64,000 nt of DNA from Armatimonadota bacterium (GCA_052033935.1 JBPOJE010000011.1:2909-66908); one strand, 5' to 3'; shown: positions 49,941-59,527, counted from the first letter of the stretch. Notes: generated from the sequence alone by a model not told the origin. Translations and numbers: made by a program.

Positions 49941-51415
49941 ATGACACACGCACGGAGACTCACTCTGGTGCTGACGGTAGTGTTGCTCACGCTTCCCGCT
50001 CTCGCGAGCGCGAACGTGTTCCCGAGCAACCTGAGCCAGAGCACCAATCTCGTCAACACTGCATTTAACCAGTCCGTGAGCCTCGGTTTCATCCTCAACG
50101 AGGATGCCACAGCAGGCGTTACGGTCGCCGTCAAGAACGAAACGACGAACACCGTCGTCCGCACCTTCACCTTTGCCAGCCTCGCTAGGGGCGCGCAGTC
50201 GGTGACCTGGGACGGGAAGGACGACGCGAACAATGTCGTTCTGGATGGCGCTTACTCGTTCAAGGTGACCGCCAGTGCAACGGGATTCGGCGGCTGGACG
50301 CAGATCAGCAACGACGCCAGCCCGACAAACCAGTTCTACAGCCCGCGCGGCGTGACGGTCAACAGAGACCCGGCCAGCCCCTACTACGGGCGGACCTACG
50401 TCGTGGAGCCGGTTGGCGGCCTGTGTGGATCCGGACGCACGACCACCGAGGGCCTGTACCTTCTGAATGCCGACCAGTCGAGCGCCGTGGGCCAGGGTGA
50501 TACCGGCCTGAGGGGTGGAGTCACCTGGGGCACGACCAACAGCCCTTACAGAGCCGAAGTCGGCCCGGACGGAAATGTCTATATCTCCGGAGTGACAGCC
50601 ACTCCGGCCTCTGGATGGCAGACGCGAACGTGGCAGCGGCAACCGAGGTGCTTGACAGCACCGGACGCGATGCCAACGGGCTCAATGCCACGCACGGCAG
50701 CATCAGTGCCACGATGGTCGAAGGCGTGGGCGCGGCCCGCACCATCTACACCATTGACGAGGACTTCCCGAACAGCGCCAGCGGCCAGCGCGGCAGCATT
50801 CTGCGCTACGACATCGGCACGGCCACCACGTTCTCTGGTCCGCCCTCCGCGATCTTCTATGACGATGCGGCAGCCGGCAACCGGAACATGAACTACAATA
50901 GCGATCTGATCCGCGCGAATGACGGCACGGTCTGGATGACTCAGAACCGGTCGGGCAACAACACGGACACGCTGGCGAGCCTCTGGCAGATCAGCGCTGA
51001 CGGCACGACAGTGCTTTGGGCGTCGGTTCCGGACCTCGCGGCCAACAGCCTTGCCGACCCGCTGGTCAAGACCTACGGCCTAGCCTACGATCCGGTCAAT
51101 AACCTGATTGCTCTGGCAACCAGCAATGCCGGCAATGTGATCATCTTCGATCCGGCAGCGAAGGCGGTCGTGACTACGTTCGCCGTGGCCGGCGGCGGGG
51201 TTAACCGCGACATCGCCTTCGACGCAGTCGGCAACCTCTACGTCGTCAACAACAACATAGAGTTGCTGCGCGTGTACTCGCCGGCTGGCGCGAACACGTC
51301 GTTCACCGACTCGCTGGTGCCGCTCGGGGCGATCAACGTTGTTCCCGAGCCGGGCTCGCTGCTGGCGCTCGGAGCCGGGCTTACTTCGCTGGTGGGCCTG
51401 ATCCGCCGCAGATAG
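49941..51415 (+). pseudogene. PEP-CTERM sorting-signal protein (FlgD-like Ig domain plus beta-propeller-like region), frameshift at ~50590
   Basis: AGAAGGAG RBS and signal peptide; VTWDGKDDANNVVLDGAY; GNVYIS continues as SDSHSGLWMAD in another frame; C-terminus VPEPGSLLALGAGLTSLVGLIRRR. Confidence 0.85.
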
Positions 51416-51448
51416 CAGTCTGGCCAGCACCATTTGTTCTGATTGAAC

Positions 51449-51480
51449 GGTGGGGTCCGAAAGGGCCCCACCTTTTTGTT
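51449..51480 (+). terminator. Rho-independent terminator
   Basis: GGTGGGGTCC-GAAA-GGGCCCCACC followed by TTTTTGTT. Confidence 0.9.
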
Positions 51481-51561
51481 TGCCTAGCCTTTCACCGACG
51501 GCCGGTCCGCAAGGAAAGACGGGGCTGCGCGCATAACACAGAGGCTAGGAGACAACGAGCG

Positions 51562-52529
51562 ATGACCAGCAGAGAGCGCGTTCTGCACTGCGTTACGTTT
51601 TCAGGTCCCGACCGGATTCCGATGTCGCTTCCCGAGCCGTATCCGAACGACTTCTGCATGGCCAGCGAGACTGCCGACCCCGGCTGGAAGCCATACAGAA
51701 CGTGGGAAGTGCAGTGGGAGGACGAGTGGCACAACGTGTGGCGGCGGCTAAGCAACACGACGCGCGGCGAGGTTGTTGAGGGCGCGCTGAAGGACTGGAG
51801 CGATCTGGAGACGTACGAGTTCGCGCTTCCGGAGCGCTTTGCCCACGCGGCAGGGGTCTTCGCCGCGAACCCCGACAAGTATCGCATTGGCGGGTTTCCG
51901 GGGTTCCCGTTCGCGATTATGCGGTACCTTCGCAAGATCGAGGAGTTCCTGGCGGACGTTCTTCTGTACCCGGACGAAGTGAAGCGGCTGCAGGAGCGGG
52001 CTGTGGCAATGCTCAAGGACTGCCTGGACCAGTGGAAGGCCGCCGGGGCGGACGGGGTGATGTTCGCGGAGGACTGGGGCACGCAGGAGCGGTTGCTGGT
52101 ATCGCCGTGGCTGTGGGGGAGATGTTCCGGCTAGGTTTCGAGGCGCTGGTGGGGCATGCGCGGGGGCTGGGGCTGCACGTGTGGATGCATTCGTGCGGGT
52201 ACATCAAGGAGATCATCCCAAGCCTGCGCGACATCGGAATCACCGTGCTTCAACTCGACCAGCCCGAGCTTTCGGGCATTGACTGGCTGCGCGAGACAGT
52301 GGGCGACCGGGTGACGATCTGGTCGCCGGTGGACATCCAGCGAAAGCTCCCGACGGGCAACCGCGAGCTGATCCGCGCCTCGGCAAGGGAGACGATCGAG
52401 AAGCTCGGACAGGGCGGCGGGTTTATTGCGGGCCACTACTCGGACGTGAGGTCGCTGGCGGTGGAACCAGAATGGCAGGAGTGGGCCTGCGAGGCGTTTG
52501 TGGAATACGGTGGAGCGGGCAGGACGTGA
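51562..52529 (+). pseudogene. Uroporphyrinogen decarboxylase/methylcobamide methyltransferase family protein, frameshift at ~52117
   Basis: MTSRERV, DEWHNVW, GADGVMFAEDWGTQ..L.VSP, then in another frame EMFR...MHSCGYI...LQLDQP...DIQ..LP.G; the shift lies in a G5 run. Confidence 0.82.
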
Positions 52530-52616
52530 TGGGTGAGCGGCTGCTGAGAGCGCTTGCTGAAGCCGTGCGCTGACGTCTCCCACCGGCTTGCAGTCAACGG
52601 TTCAGCGCAACCTGCT

Positions 52617-53657
52617 CTACGACCGCAGAAGATACCGCGCGCGCAGACCCTCATCCCCGATCGCACCGCCGGATACTGAGGCGAGATCGCGCGCAACCTG
52701 GTCAATCTCAGCGCGCTGCTCCAGTGGGGACAGCAAGGCCTCCGGAAGAGCTTCGAAGCCCAGAAGCGTCCCGAGGATATTGCCGGCTATGGCGCCGGTA
52801 GAGTCGGAATCGCCCGAATGGTTCACCGCGAGAAGAACGCCGTGAGCGAAGTCCTGTGCCTTCAGCGCACAGAAGACAGCGATCGCCAGCGCTTCTTCGG
52901 CGACCCAACCGCCGCCTAGGCTCTCGACAGCTTCCGAGCAAACCCGGACGCTGCCCACTTCGCGGATCGCCGCACGAAGCGCCCCGGCGCATTCACGCCC
53001 CTCGGGATGGGAGGAGATGCGATCGAGGGTTGCGTCCACTACCTCCTGAAGGGTGTGTCCTGCGGACAGCATTGGACTATCAGCGCAAGTCTTCCAGCCG
53101 CCAGCCATCCCGACGGGTGGCCATGCGTGAGCGCCGCGCTGTCACATCCGAGTTGAAAAGCATCGCCGCCGACAAGCCCGCACGGGGCCGCGCACATCAC
53201 ACCGCCGCACCCTTTGCTGTCGTTTATGCGATGCTCCGTTGAGCCTACTGTTCCGGAGGCCAGCGCCGACAGGCAGGTGTTTCCAGGAGCACGCCTGTTG
53301 TGCATCCCCGGAAGCTCGATCAGCCACCCTTCGGGGTTCGGGACAGCAGCCTCGGCGCGCTGTGTGCTCAGCCAGCGCAGATAGGCTCGATGGACGTGCC
53401 CAATGCCGCCGGGTTCGCCTGCCACAGCCGCACAGATGAGACCCTCCGCGGTGAAGACGTCATCTGGGTGTCGTCGGTTATCGGCGCCGCCTTGCCAAAC
53501 GCGCCCGTGTGCCCGGTGACACCGGCGAGGCCGTACCGCGAGCGTATCCCGGCAATGGTCAGAAATCGATCCCCGCACCCAGCGCATCGCCGATTGCGCC
53601 ACCCTGCAGGCAGCCGCGCACGCGCTGTAGATACTGCTCCTCACTCTGGCGGGTCAT
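52617..53657 (-). pseudogene. ADP-ribosylglycohydrolase with at least three frameshifts (~53560, ~53457, ~53071)
   Basis: Reconstructed [27 protein letters not shown] / ...ITDDTQMT / FTAEGL...[11 protein letters not shown]...THGHP / ...GWVAEEALAIA...AVNHSGDSDSTGAIAG. Confidence 0.88.
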
Positions 53658-53910
53658 CTTCTCCCAGCTTCGACCACTGCTCCATAACGTCGTCCCGGAA
53701 AAGCCCGGTCACGGCAGGATCGGTCAGCTCACGGATGGTGAAGATGTGAGCGACCGGGAACCAGAACGCGTCGGGGTCTTCACCCGTGTCCGGATCAATC
53801 GGACGAACCTTCATCAGGCTACCCTCAACGGCGACAACACGAAATTCGCCCTCGCCGCCCTTGCCGCTGTCGAACTTGATGAAGACCTTCCTGCCTTCGA
53901 GACTGTGCAT
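53641..53910 (-). CDS. Hypothetical 89-aa acidic protein (small beta-barrel-like)
   Basis: [35 protein letters not shown]...[12 protein letters not shown]; overlaps the ARH start by 17 nt. Confidence 0.6.
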   Translation of the reverse strand: MHSLEGRKVFIKFDSGKGGEGEFRVVAVEGSLMKVRPIDPDTGEDPDAFWFPVAHIFTIRELTDPAVTGLFRDDVMEQWSKLGEDDPPE

Positions 53911-53922
53911 ATCGGACAGGGG

Positions 53923-54000
53923 CTACTTGCGCGCGCTGGAGTCCGCGCCTCTGGATATCAACAGGGCAGCCACTCTGTCATAGCCCATTCGCCGTTTCAT
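53923..54000 (-). pseudogene. 25-aa ORF resembling a single ankyrin-repeat half (probable remnant)
   Basis: GGAGG RBS then MKRRMGYDRVAALLISRGADSSARK*, compared with the ankyrin consensus G...VV.LLL..GADVNA. Confidence 0.5.
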
Positions 54001-54061
54001 ACAGTGTGCCTCCCGGGGGGCTGAAGCCCCTTAGCTGTTACGCCCCGCATACACAGAAGTA

Positions 54062-54091
54062 CAAAAAGGGAGCGGCCTCCATTCCACTCCC
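54062..54091 (-). terminator. Rho-independent terminator downstream of nrdJ
   Basis: Minus strand GGGAGTGG-AATGGAGG-CCGCTCCC-TTTTTGT. Confidence 0.7.
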
Positions 54092-54232
54092 CGCATTACG
54101 CGAAGGGGCAACTGCGCGCGGGCGCGTCTACCTTCTGGCACGGCCCCGAAGGGCCGTTCCCCGGTCTCTCGCGCGCAGGGCGCCATCCTTGGCCCCCTCT
54201 TCTGTATCGCAGGCCGGCTTGTGACCCCCGGC

Positions 54233-57034
54233 CTACGAACACCCGCTCTGGGATCCGCAGTTCGCGCACTTGTAGCAGCTACCGCTGCGGATCATGATGG
54301 CCCCGCACTCGGAACAGGGAGGGGCATCCTGCTGTTGCTGCTGCATCGCAGGCACCTTGCTTCCCTTGCTCGCAAGCGCGGCATCGCCATTAGACAACGC
54401 CGGCCGGTTCACCACACCAATGGCGTCCCTTTCAGCGCCGGTGAGGAACTTGGCTCCCAACCAGCGGAAGATATAGTCCACGATCGACTTGGCGATCGGT
54501 ATCTCGGAACTCCCGGTCATCCCTGCCGGTTCGAACCGCATATGGCTGAACTTGCTGACCAGCGTCTGCAAGGGCACGCCATATTGCAGGTTCAATGAGA
54601 TAGCAGTCGCGAATGAGTCCATCAGGCCGGAGATAGTGCTGCCTTCCTTGGCCATCGTCAGGAAGATCTCTCCCGGCGAACCATCCTCATACATGCCGAC
54701 GGTGATGTACCCCTCGTGACCCGCCACCTCAAACTTGTGCGTAATGGAAGCCCGCTCGTTCGGCAACCTGTGGCGATAGGGCTGCGGCGCCTCCTCCTTG
54801 CCCTTGCCGCCGGACAGCGAGGTGTTGAGCGGCTGCGTCCGCTTGGAGCCGTCGCGGTAAACAGCGACAGCCTTGAGACCGCTGCGCCAGCTCTCGACGT
54901 AGGCCTCCTTGATCTGGTCCGGCGTCGCGTCGTTGGGCATGTTCACGGTCTTGGAGATAGCGCCGCTGACGAACGGCTGGACGGCGGCCATCATCCGGAT
55001 GTGACCCATGTAATGGATGCTGCGGTGACCGTTGAACGGCTTGAACGCACAATCGAACACGGGCAGATGCTCGTCTTTCAGGAACGGTGCCCCTTCGATA
55101 GTATCGTTGGCATCTATGTAGTCCACGATTTCGCGGATTTCGCGGGGGTTGTAGCCGAGCTTATCGAGCGCCAGCGGCACGGTACCGTTTACCATCTTGA
55201 GCATCCCGCCGCCAACGAGCTTCTTGTAGCTCACGAGCGCGATGTCGGGTTCGATGCCGGTCGTGTCGCAGTCCATCATGAACGCGATGGTGCCGGTGGG
55301 CGCCAGAACCGTGGTCTGGGCGTTGCGGAACCCGAACCTGCTGCCGAGATCAACCGCCTCGTCCCACGCATTTCGAGCCGCGGCGGCCAGGTCTTCGTCG
55401 AGCAGCTTCTGGTCCAGCTTCTCGACCGCGGCTCTGTGCATCCGCATGACCTTGAGCATCGGCTCCTGGTTCTTCTCGAAGTAGCGGAACGGGCCGAGAT
55501 GCTCGGCCATGCGCGCGGACTGCGCGTAGGCCTCGCCGCACATGACGGCGGTCATCGCCCCCGCGAACGCCCTTCCAGCGTCGCTGTCATAGGCGACGCC
55601 GTTGCTCATAAGGAAGGCACCCAGGTTGGCGTATCCGAGCCCCAGCGGGCGGAAATCGCGCGAGTTGCGGTCAATGGACGTGGTGGGGTAGCTGGCGTTG
55701 GAGACGATCATCTCCATGGCGCTGATGATCACCCGCACCGTGTGGCGGAATGGTTCGATGTCGAAGCGCCCGTCCGGCAGGCGGAACTTGACGACATTCA
55801 GGCTCGCAAGGTTGCAGGCCGAATCGTCCACAAACATATACTCGCTGCACGGGTTGGACGCGTTGATGGGCGCGCTGTTCGGGCAGGTGTGCCAGGCGTT
55901 GATGGTGGTGTGGAACTGCAGGCCCGGGTCGCCACAGATCCACGCGGCCTCGCTGATGCTGTCCAGGATGTCCGCCGCGTTGTAGCGGTCCATTACACGC
56001 CCGTCAATGACCGCATGCGTCTCCCACGGCTTGCCGTCCAACGCGCGCTCCATGAAATCGTCGGTGAGCCTGACGCTGTGGTTGGCGTTCTGGAACTGGA
56101 CCGAGTCGTAGGCACCGCCGGGCACGTTGAACCCGCCGTCGTAGCCCGCATCAATGAGCGCCCATGCCTTCTTCTCTTCCTCGGCCTTCGAGTTGATGAA
56201 CGCGACGATGTCGGGATGATCCACGTTCAGGATGACCATCTTCGCGGCGCGACGGGTTTTGCCGCCGGACTTGATAACGCCCGCGAAGGAGTCGTATCCC
56301 TTCATAAAGGAGACCGGACCGCTTGCAGTGCCTCCGCCCGCGAGCAGCTCATGGCTGGAGCGGATGGGCGACAGATTTGTTCCGGTTCCCGAGCCCCACT
56401 TGAACAGCATGCCCTCGGTCTTCGCCAGATCGAGGATGCTGGCCATGGTGTCCTGCACCGAGTTGATGAAGCAGGCGGAGCACTGCGGGCGCTCTTCGAC
56501 GCCGCAATTGAACCAGACCGGGCTGTTGAACGAGCAGATCTGATGAAGCAGAATGTGCGTCAGCTCGTCGCGAAAGGCATCGCGGGCGGAGGGGCCGGCG
56601 AAGTAGCCGCCCTGCTCACCCCAGCCGGTGATCGTGAAGACGATGCGGCTGATGAGTTGCCGGACGCTGTGTTCGCGCTCCGGTGTGCCCACCTGGCCGC
56701 GGAAGTACTTCGAGACGACCACGTTGGTGGCCATCTGGCTCCACGCCTTCGGGACCTCAACGCCCTGTTGCTCGAAAACGACTTCGCCTTTTTCGTTTGT
56801 GATGAGGGCCGTGCGCGTCTCCCACTCGACCAGATTGAAGGGGTTCTGCCCCTCCCTGGTGTACACCCGCGCAAACCGGAGGCCGGCTATTCCGGAGCCG
56901 CCGGGGCGCGAGGCGGGCGCTGAGCCCCCGCCCTCCGCATGAGAAACACTTGCGCCGTCCGTCACGGCCTTTGTTGTCTTGTCCACACCATCCACAGCAG
57001 TCAGATTATCATTCCCGGAAAGGTTCGAATCCAT
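54233..57034 (-). CDS. nrdJ: Vitamin B12-dependent (class II) ribonucleotide reductase with C-terminal TSCPD-like domain and zinc ribbon
   Basis: SFNSPVWFN, CSACFI, KSGGKTRRAAKM, NASNPCSE, ACNLASLN, RPLGLGYANLG, APTGTI, SGAISKTVN, YRDGSK, CSECG...CYKCANCG; AAGGAGG RBS before ATG 57034. Confidence 0.96.
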   Translation of the reverse strand: MDSNLSGNDNLTAVDGVDKTTKAVTDGASVSHAEGGGSAPASRPGGSGIAGLRFARVYTREGQNPFNLVEWETRTALITNEKGEVVFEQQGVEVPKAWSQMATNVVVSKYFRGQVGTPEREHSVRQLISRIVFTITGWGEQGGYFAGPSARDAFRDELTHILLHQICSFNSPVWFNCGVEERPQCSACFINSVQDTMASILDLAKTEGMLFKWGSGTGTNLSPIRSSHELLAGGGTASGPVSFMKGYDSFAGVIKSGGKTRRAAKMVILNVDHPDIVAFINSKAEEEKKAWALIDAGYDGGFNVPGGAYDSVQFQNANHSVRLTDDFMERALDGKPWETHAVIDGRVMDRYNAADILDSISEAAWICGDPGLQFHTTINAWHTCPNSAPINASNPCSEYMFVDDSACNLASLNVVKFRLPDGRFDIEPFRHTVRVIISAMEMIVSNASYPTTSIDRNSRDFRPLGLGYANLGAFLMSNGVAYDSDAGRAFAGAMTAVMCGEAYAQSARMAEHLGPFRYFEKNQEPMLKVMRMHRAAVEKLDQKLLDEDLAAAARNAWDEAVDLGSRFGFRNAQTTVLAPTGTIAFMMDCDTTGIEPDIALVSYKKLVGGGMLKMVNGTVPLALDKLGYNPREIREIVDYIDANDTIEGAPFLKDEHLPVFDCAFKPFNGHRSIHYMGHIRMMAAVQPFVSGAISKTVNMPNDATPDQIKEAYVESWRSGLKAVAVYRDGSKRTQPLNTSLSGGKGKEEAPQPYRHRLPNERASITHKFEVAGHEGYITVGMYEDGSPGEIFLTMAKEGSTISGLMDSFATAISLNLQYGVPLQTLVSKFSHMRFEPAGMTGSSEIPIAKSIVDYIFRWLGAKFLTGAERDAIGVVNRPALSNGDAALASKGSKVPAMQQQQQDAPPCSECGAIMIRSGSCYKCANCGSQSGCS

Positions 57035-57268
57035 TCGCCCATTCCTCCTTGCGAAATTCTTGCCTGGGGCCAATTCCCGCCGCGTATTCAGCACCCGGCC
57101 GGTGCGGGGCCGGCCCGAGACGCACTCATCGCCTGAACCGAACCTCAGGAGTCGCAGAGAGCGCGCCGCCGCCCCGTGGGCTGTGTTGCCCGTCTTTCGC
57201 AGGCCTATCAACCGGAGCTTCCTTGTCATCCGCTGGCACGGCACGTTGTTGTGCCAACAGCAGAGCCA

Positions 57269-57297
57269 AGTGTAAACCCCTTATCGCCCGGCGTCAA
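57269..57297 (-). promoter_or_regulatory. Sigma70 promoter of nrdJ
   Basis: Minus strand TTGACG (57297-57292), 17 nt, TACACT (57274-57269). Confidence 0.75.
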
Positions 57298-57305
57298 GTG
57301 GATTA

Positions 57306-57352
57306 CCACAACATCTAGTAACTATTTTTTCCATGCCCGCCATATATTGTGC
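57306..57352. promoter_or_regulatory. Tandem NrdR boxes
   Basis: ccaCAAcATcTAGtaa (57306-57321) and ccgCCAtATaTTGtgc (57337-57352) match acaCwAtATaTwGtg, are 31 bp apart, and lie next to the nrdJ -35. Confidence 0.8.
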
Positions 57353-57522
57353 CCGAATGTACAAGTTTGTAACGTGAGAGTTGCTCATGACTAGGGTCTC
57401 GTGCGCTCGGGCCTGCCGTCCAAAATAACCCGGAGACGGCTTTTTCGCAGAGCCGCCGCAGGAAGTTCCGGTGGTCAGATGGTATTGATACGATGTCAGA
57501 CTGACATTCGGAGGTACAGGTC

Positions 57523-58497
57523 ATGGACAAGATTCGCTGGGGGATTCTGGGGCCGGGTCAGATTGCAAACAGGATGGCGGCGGCTCTCCGCAATCTGCCG
57601 GACGCGGAGATTGCCGCGGTGGGCAGCCGGCGTGAAGAGGCCGGCCGGGAGTTCGCCGCGAAATACGGCATACCGACGGTGCACCGCGGCTACGAAGCGC
57701 TGGCGGCGGACCCGAACGTGGACGCCGTGTATGTGGCGACGCCTCATCCGTTCCACAAGGACGCGGCGATTCTTTGCCTGGAGGCGGGCAAGGCAGTTCT
57801 ATGCGAAAAGCCGTTTGCGGTGAACGCGCGGCAGGCAGCGGAGATGATCAAGAAGGCGCGGGAGAACAAGGTCTTCCTGATGGAGGCGATGTGGACGCGC
57901 TTTCTGCCGGCCATCCAGAAATTGAAGTGGCTCGTGGCCGACCATACGGTGGGCCAGGCGAAGATGCTGGAGGCGGACTTCGGTTTTCGCGCTGAGCGCA
58001 ACCCGAGCGGGCGGCTGTTTGCTCCGGAGCTCGCGGGCGGAGCGCTTCTAGATGTGGGGGTGTACCCGATCTCTCTCGATTCGTTCCTGTTCGGCACGCC
58101 TTCGCGGGTGGCGTCGCTCGCCGACATCGGGCCGACGGGCGTGGACGAGCAGAACGCGGTGATCCTTGCGCACGACGGCGGCCCGCTGAGCGTGCTCGTG
58201 TCGGCGGTCCGGACAACAACGCGGCACGAGGCCTGCGTTCTGGGAACGCAGGGCAAGATCACCGTGCGTTCGTTCTGGACGGCCTCGGGCCTTACGATAA
58301 GCCGCGAAGGCCGCGAGGAGACCATTGATCTCCCCATCGCCGGCAACGGCTTCGAGTATGAGGCGCAGGAAGTGATGAAGCTGCTGCGCGAGGGCAAGAC
58401 CGAAAGCCCAGAGATGCCCCTGGACGAGACCCATTCCATTATGAAGACGATGGACAGAATCCGTGACCAGTGGGGCCTCAAGTATCCGTTCGAGTAG
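57523..58497 (+). CDS. Gfo/Idh/MocA family oxidoreductase (dihydrodiol/xylose dehydrogenase-like)
   Basis: IRWGILGPG.IA, VYVATPHPFH, VLCEKP, LMEAMWTRF.P, GGALLDVGVY. Confidence 0.93.
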   Translation: MDKIRWGILGPGQIANRMAAALRNLPDAEIAAVGSRREEAGREFAAKYGIPTVHRGYEALAADPNVDAVYVATPHPFHKDAAILCLEAGKAVLCEKPFAVNARQAAEMIKKARENKVFLMEAMWTRFLPAIQKLKWLVADHTVGQAKMLEADFGFRAERNPSGRLFAPELAGGALLDVGVYPISLDSFLFGTPSRVASLADIGPTGVDEQNAVILAHDGGPLSVLVSAVRTTTRHEACVLGTQGKITVRSFWTASGLTISREGREETIDLPIAGNGFEYEAQEVMKLLREGKTESPEMPLDETHSIMKTMDRIRDQWGLKYPFE

Positions 58498-58554
58498 GAC
58501 GCGGCGCTGCGTGGCAGACGCCACCATCACAACAGATTAGGAGCATGTTCACAA

Positions 58555-59511
58555 ATGCAGTATGGATCAGTCGTCGGGTTGGACAACCCCGTTTCCCGCA
58601 TCGTTCACGGCACGGTTATGGTCAGTTCGGGCGACCTGGACTACAGCTTCGGACTGCTGGACGCGGTTTTCGCGCGCGGGTGCAATACATTTGACACCGG
58701 ACACATCTACGGAGGCGGCGATAACGAGCGCACCGTGGGCAGGTGGGTCAACGAGCGCGGGCTGCGTGACAAGGTGGTGCTCATCGGCAAGGGCGCGCAC
58801 CACAACGAGGATCGCAGGCGCGTGACGCCGTGGGACATCGCCTCCGACCTCTACGACTCGCTGGCGCGCTTCCAGACGGACTACATAGACCTGTATCTTC
58901 TGCACCGGGACGATGAGGGAGTCCCGGTGGGGCCGATCGTCGAGATACTGAACGAGCATCGCGAGGCGGGGCGCATCCGCGCATTTGGCGGATCGAACTG
59001 GTCGCACAAGCGCGTGCAGGAAGCGAACGATTACGCCGCGGCTCACGGTCTGACGCCGTTTGCGGCAAGCAGCCCGCATTTCAGCCTGGCCGAGCAGTAC
59101 AACGAGCCCTGGGACAACTGCGTGACCATCACGGGCAAGAAGCAGCAGGCGGCGCGGGAATGGTACAAACAGACTCAGATGCCCCTGTTCACCTGGTCCA
59201 GCGTGGCACTGGGCTTCTTCACGGGACAGGTCCGCCGGGACAACCTGGACTCTGTCACCGAGGGGCCGTTCGCGCTGTGCGCCCACTGCTATGCGGGCGA
59301 CGAGAACTTCGAGCGGCAGGCGCGCGCTGAGAAGCTGGCAGCCGATAAGGGGTTGACGCCAAGCCAGATCGCACTCGCGTGGGTACTGAACAGCCCGATG
59401 AACGTGTTTCCACTGGTGGGAGCGCGGTCGGAAGAGGAGTTCACCCAGAACGAGGCCGTGCTTGATCTGAAGCTCACGCCGCAGGAGATGGCGTGGCTGA
59501 ATCTAGAGTAA
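58555..59511 (+). CDS. Aldo/keto reductase
   Basis: FDTGHIYGGG, TDYIDLYLLHRDD, FGGSNWS, SQIALAWVL. Confidence 0.93.
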   Translation: MQYGSVVGLDNPVSRIVHGTVMVSSGDLDYSFGLLDAVFARGCNTFDTGHIYGGGDNERTVGRWVNERGLRDKVVLIGKGAHHNEDRRRVTPWDIASDLYDSLARFQTDYIDLYLLHRDDEGVPVGPIVEILNEHREAGRIRAFGGSNWSHKRVQEANDYAAAHGLTPFAASSPHFSLAEQYNEPWDNCVTITGKKQQAAREWYKQTQMPLFTWSSVALGFFTGQVRRDNLDSVTEGPFALCAHCYAGDENFERQARAEKLAADKGLTPSQIALAWVLNSPMNVFPLVGARSEEEFTQNEAVLDLKLTPQEMAWLNLE

Positions 59512-59527
59512 GACGAGGAGGACAGAT

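Noticed and set aside
54100-54205. SRP RNA or 6S RNA identity for the nested hairpin
   Set aside because: It lacks the SRP domain IV consensus with its GNRA loop, and it is too short with no clear central bubble for 6S.
54716-56923. 735-aa ORF antisense to nrdJ (similar long antisense ORFs at 59474-61747, 41988-44054, 46863-48536)
   Set aside because: These mirror the codon frame of real genes in high-GC DNA, have no motifs or RBS, and are typical stop-poor shadow ORFs.
57035-57262. Cobalamin riboswitch in the nrdJ leader
   Set aside because: The conserved B12-box and core motifs were not recognisable by eye; kept only as an unexplained long leader.
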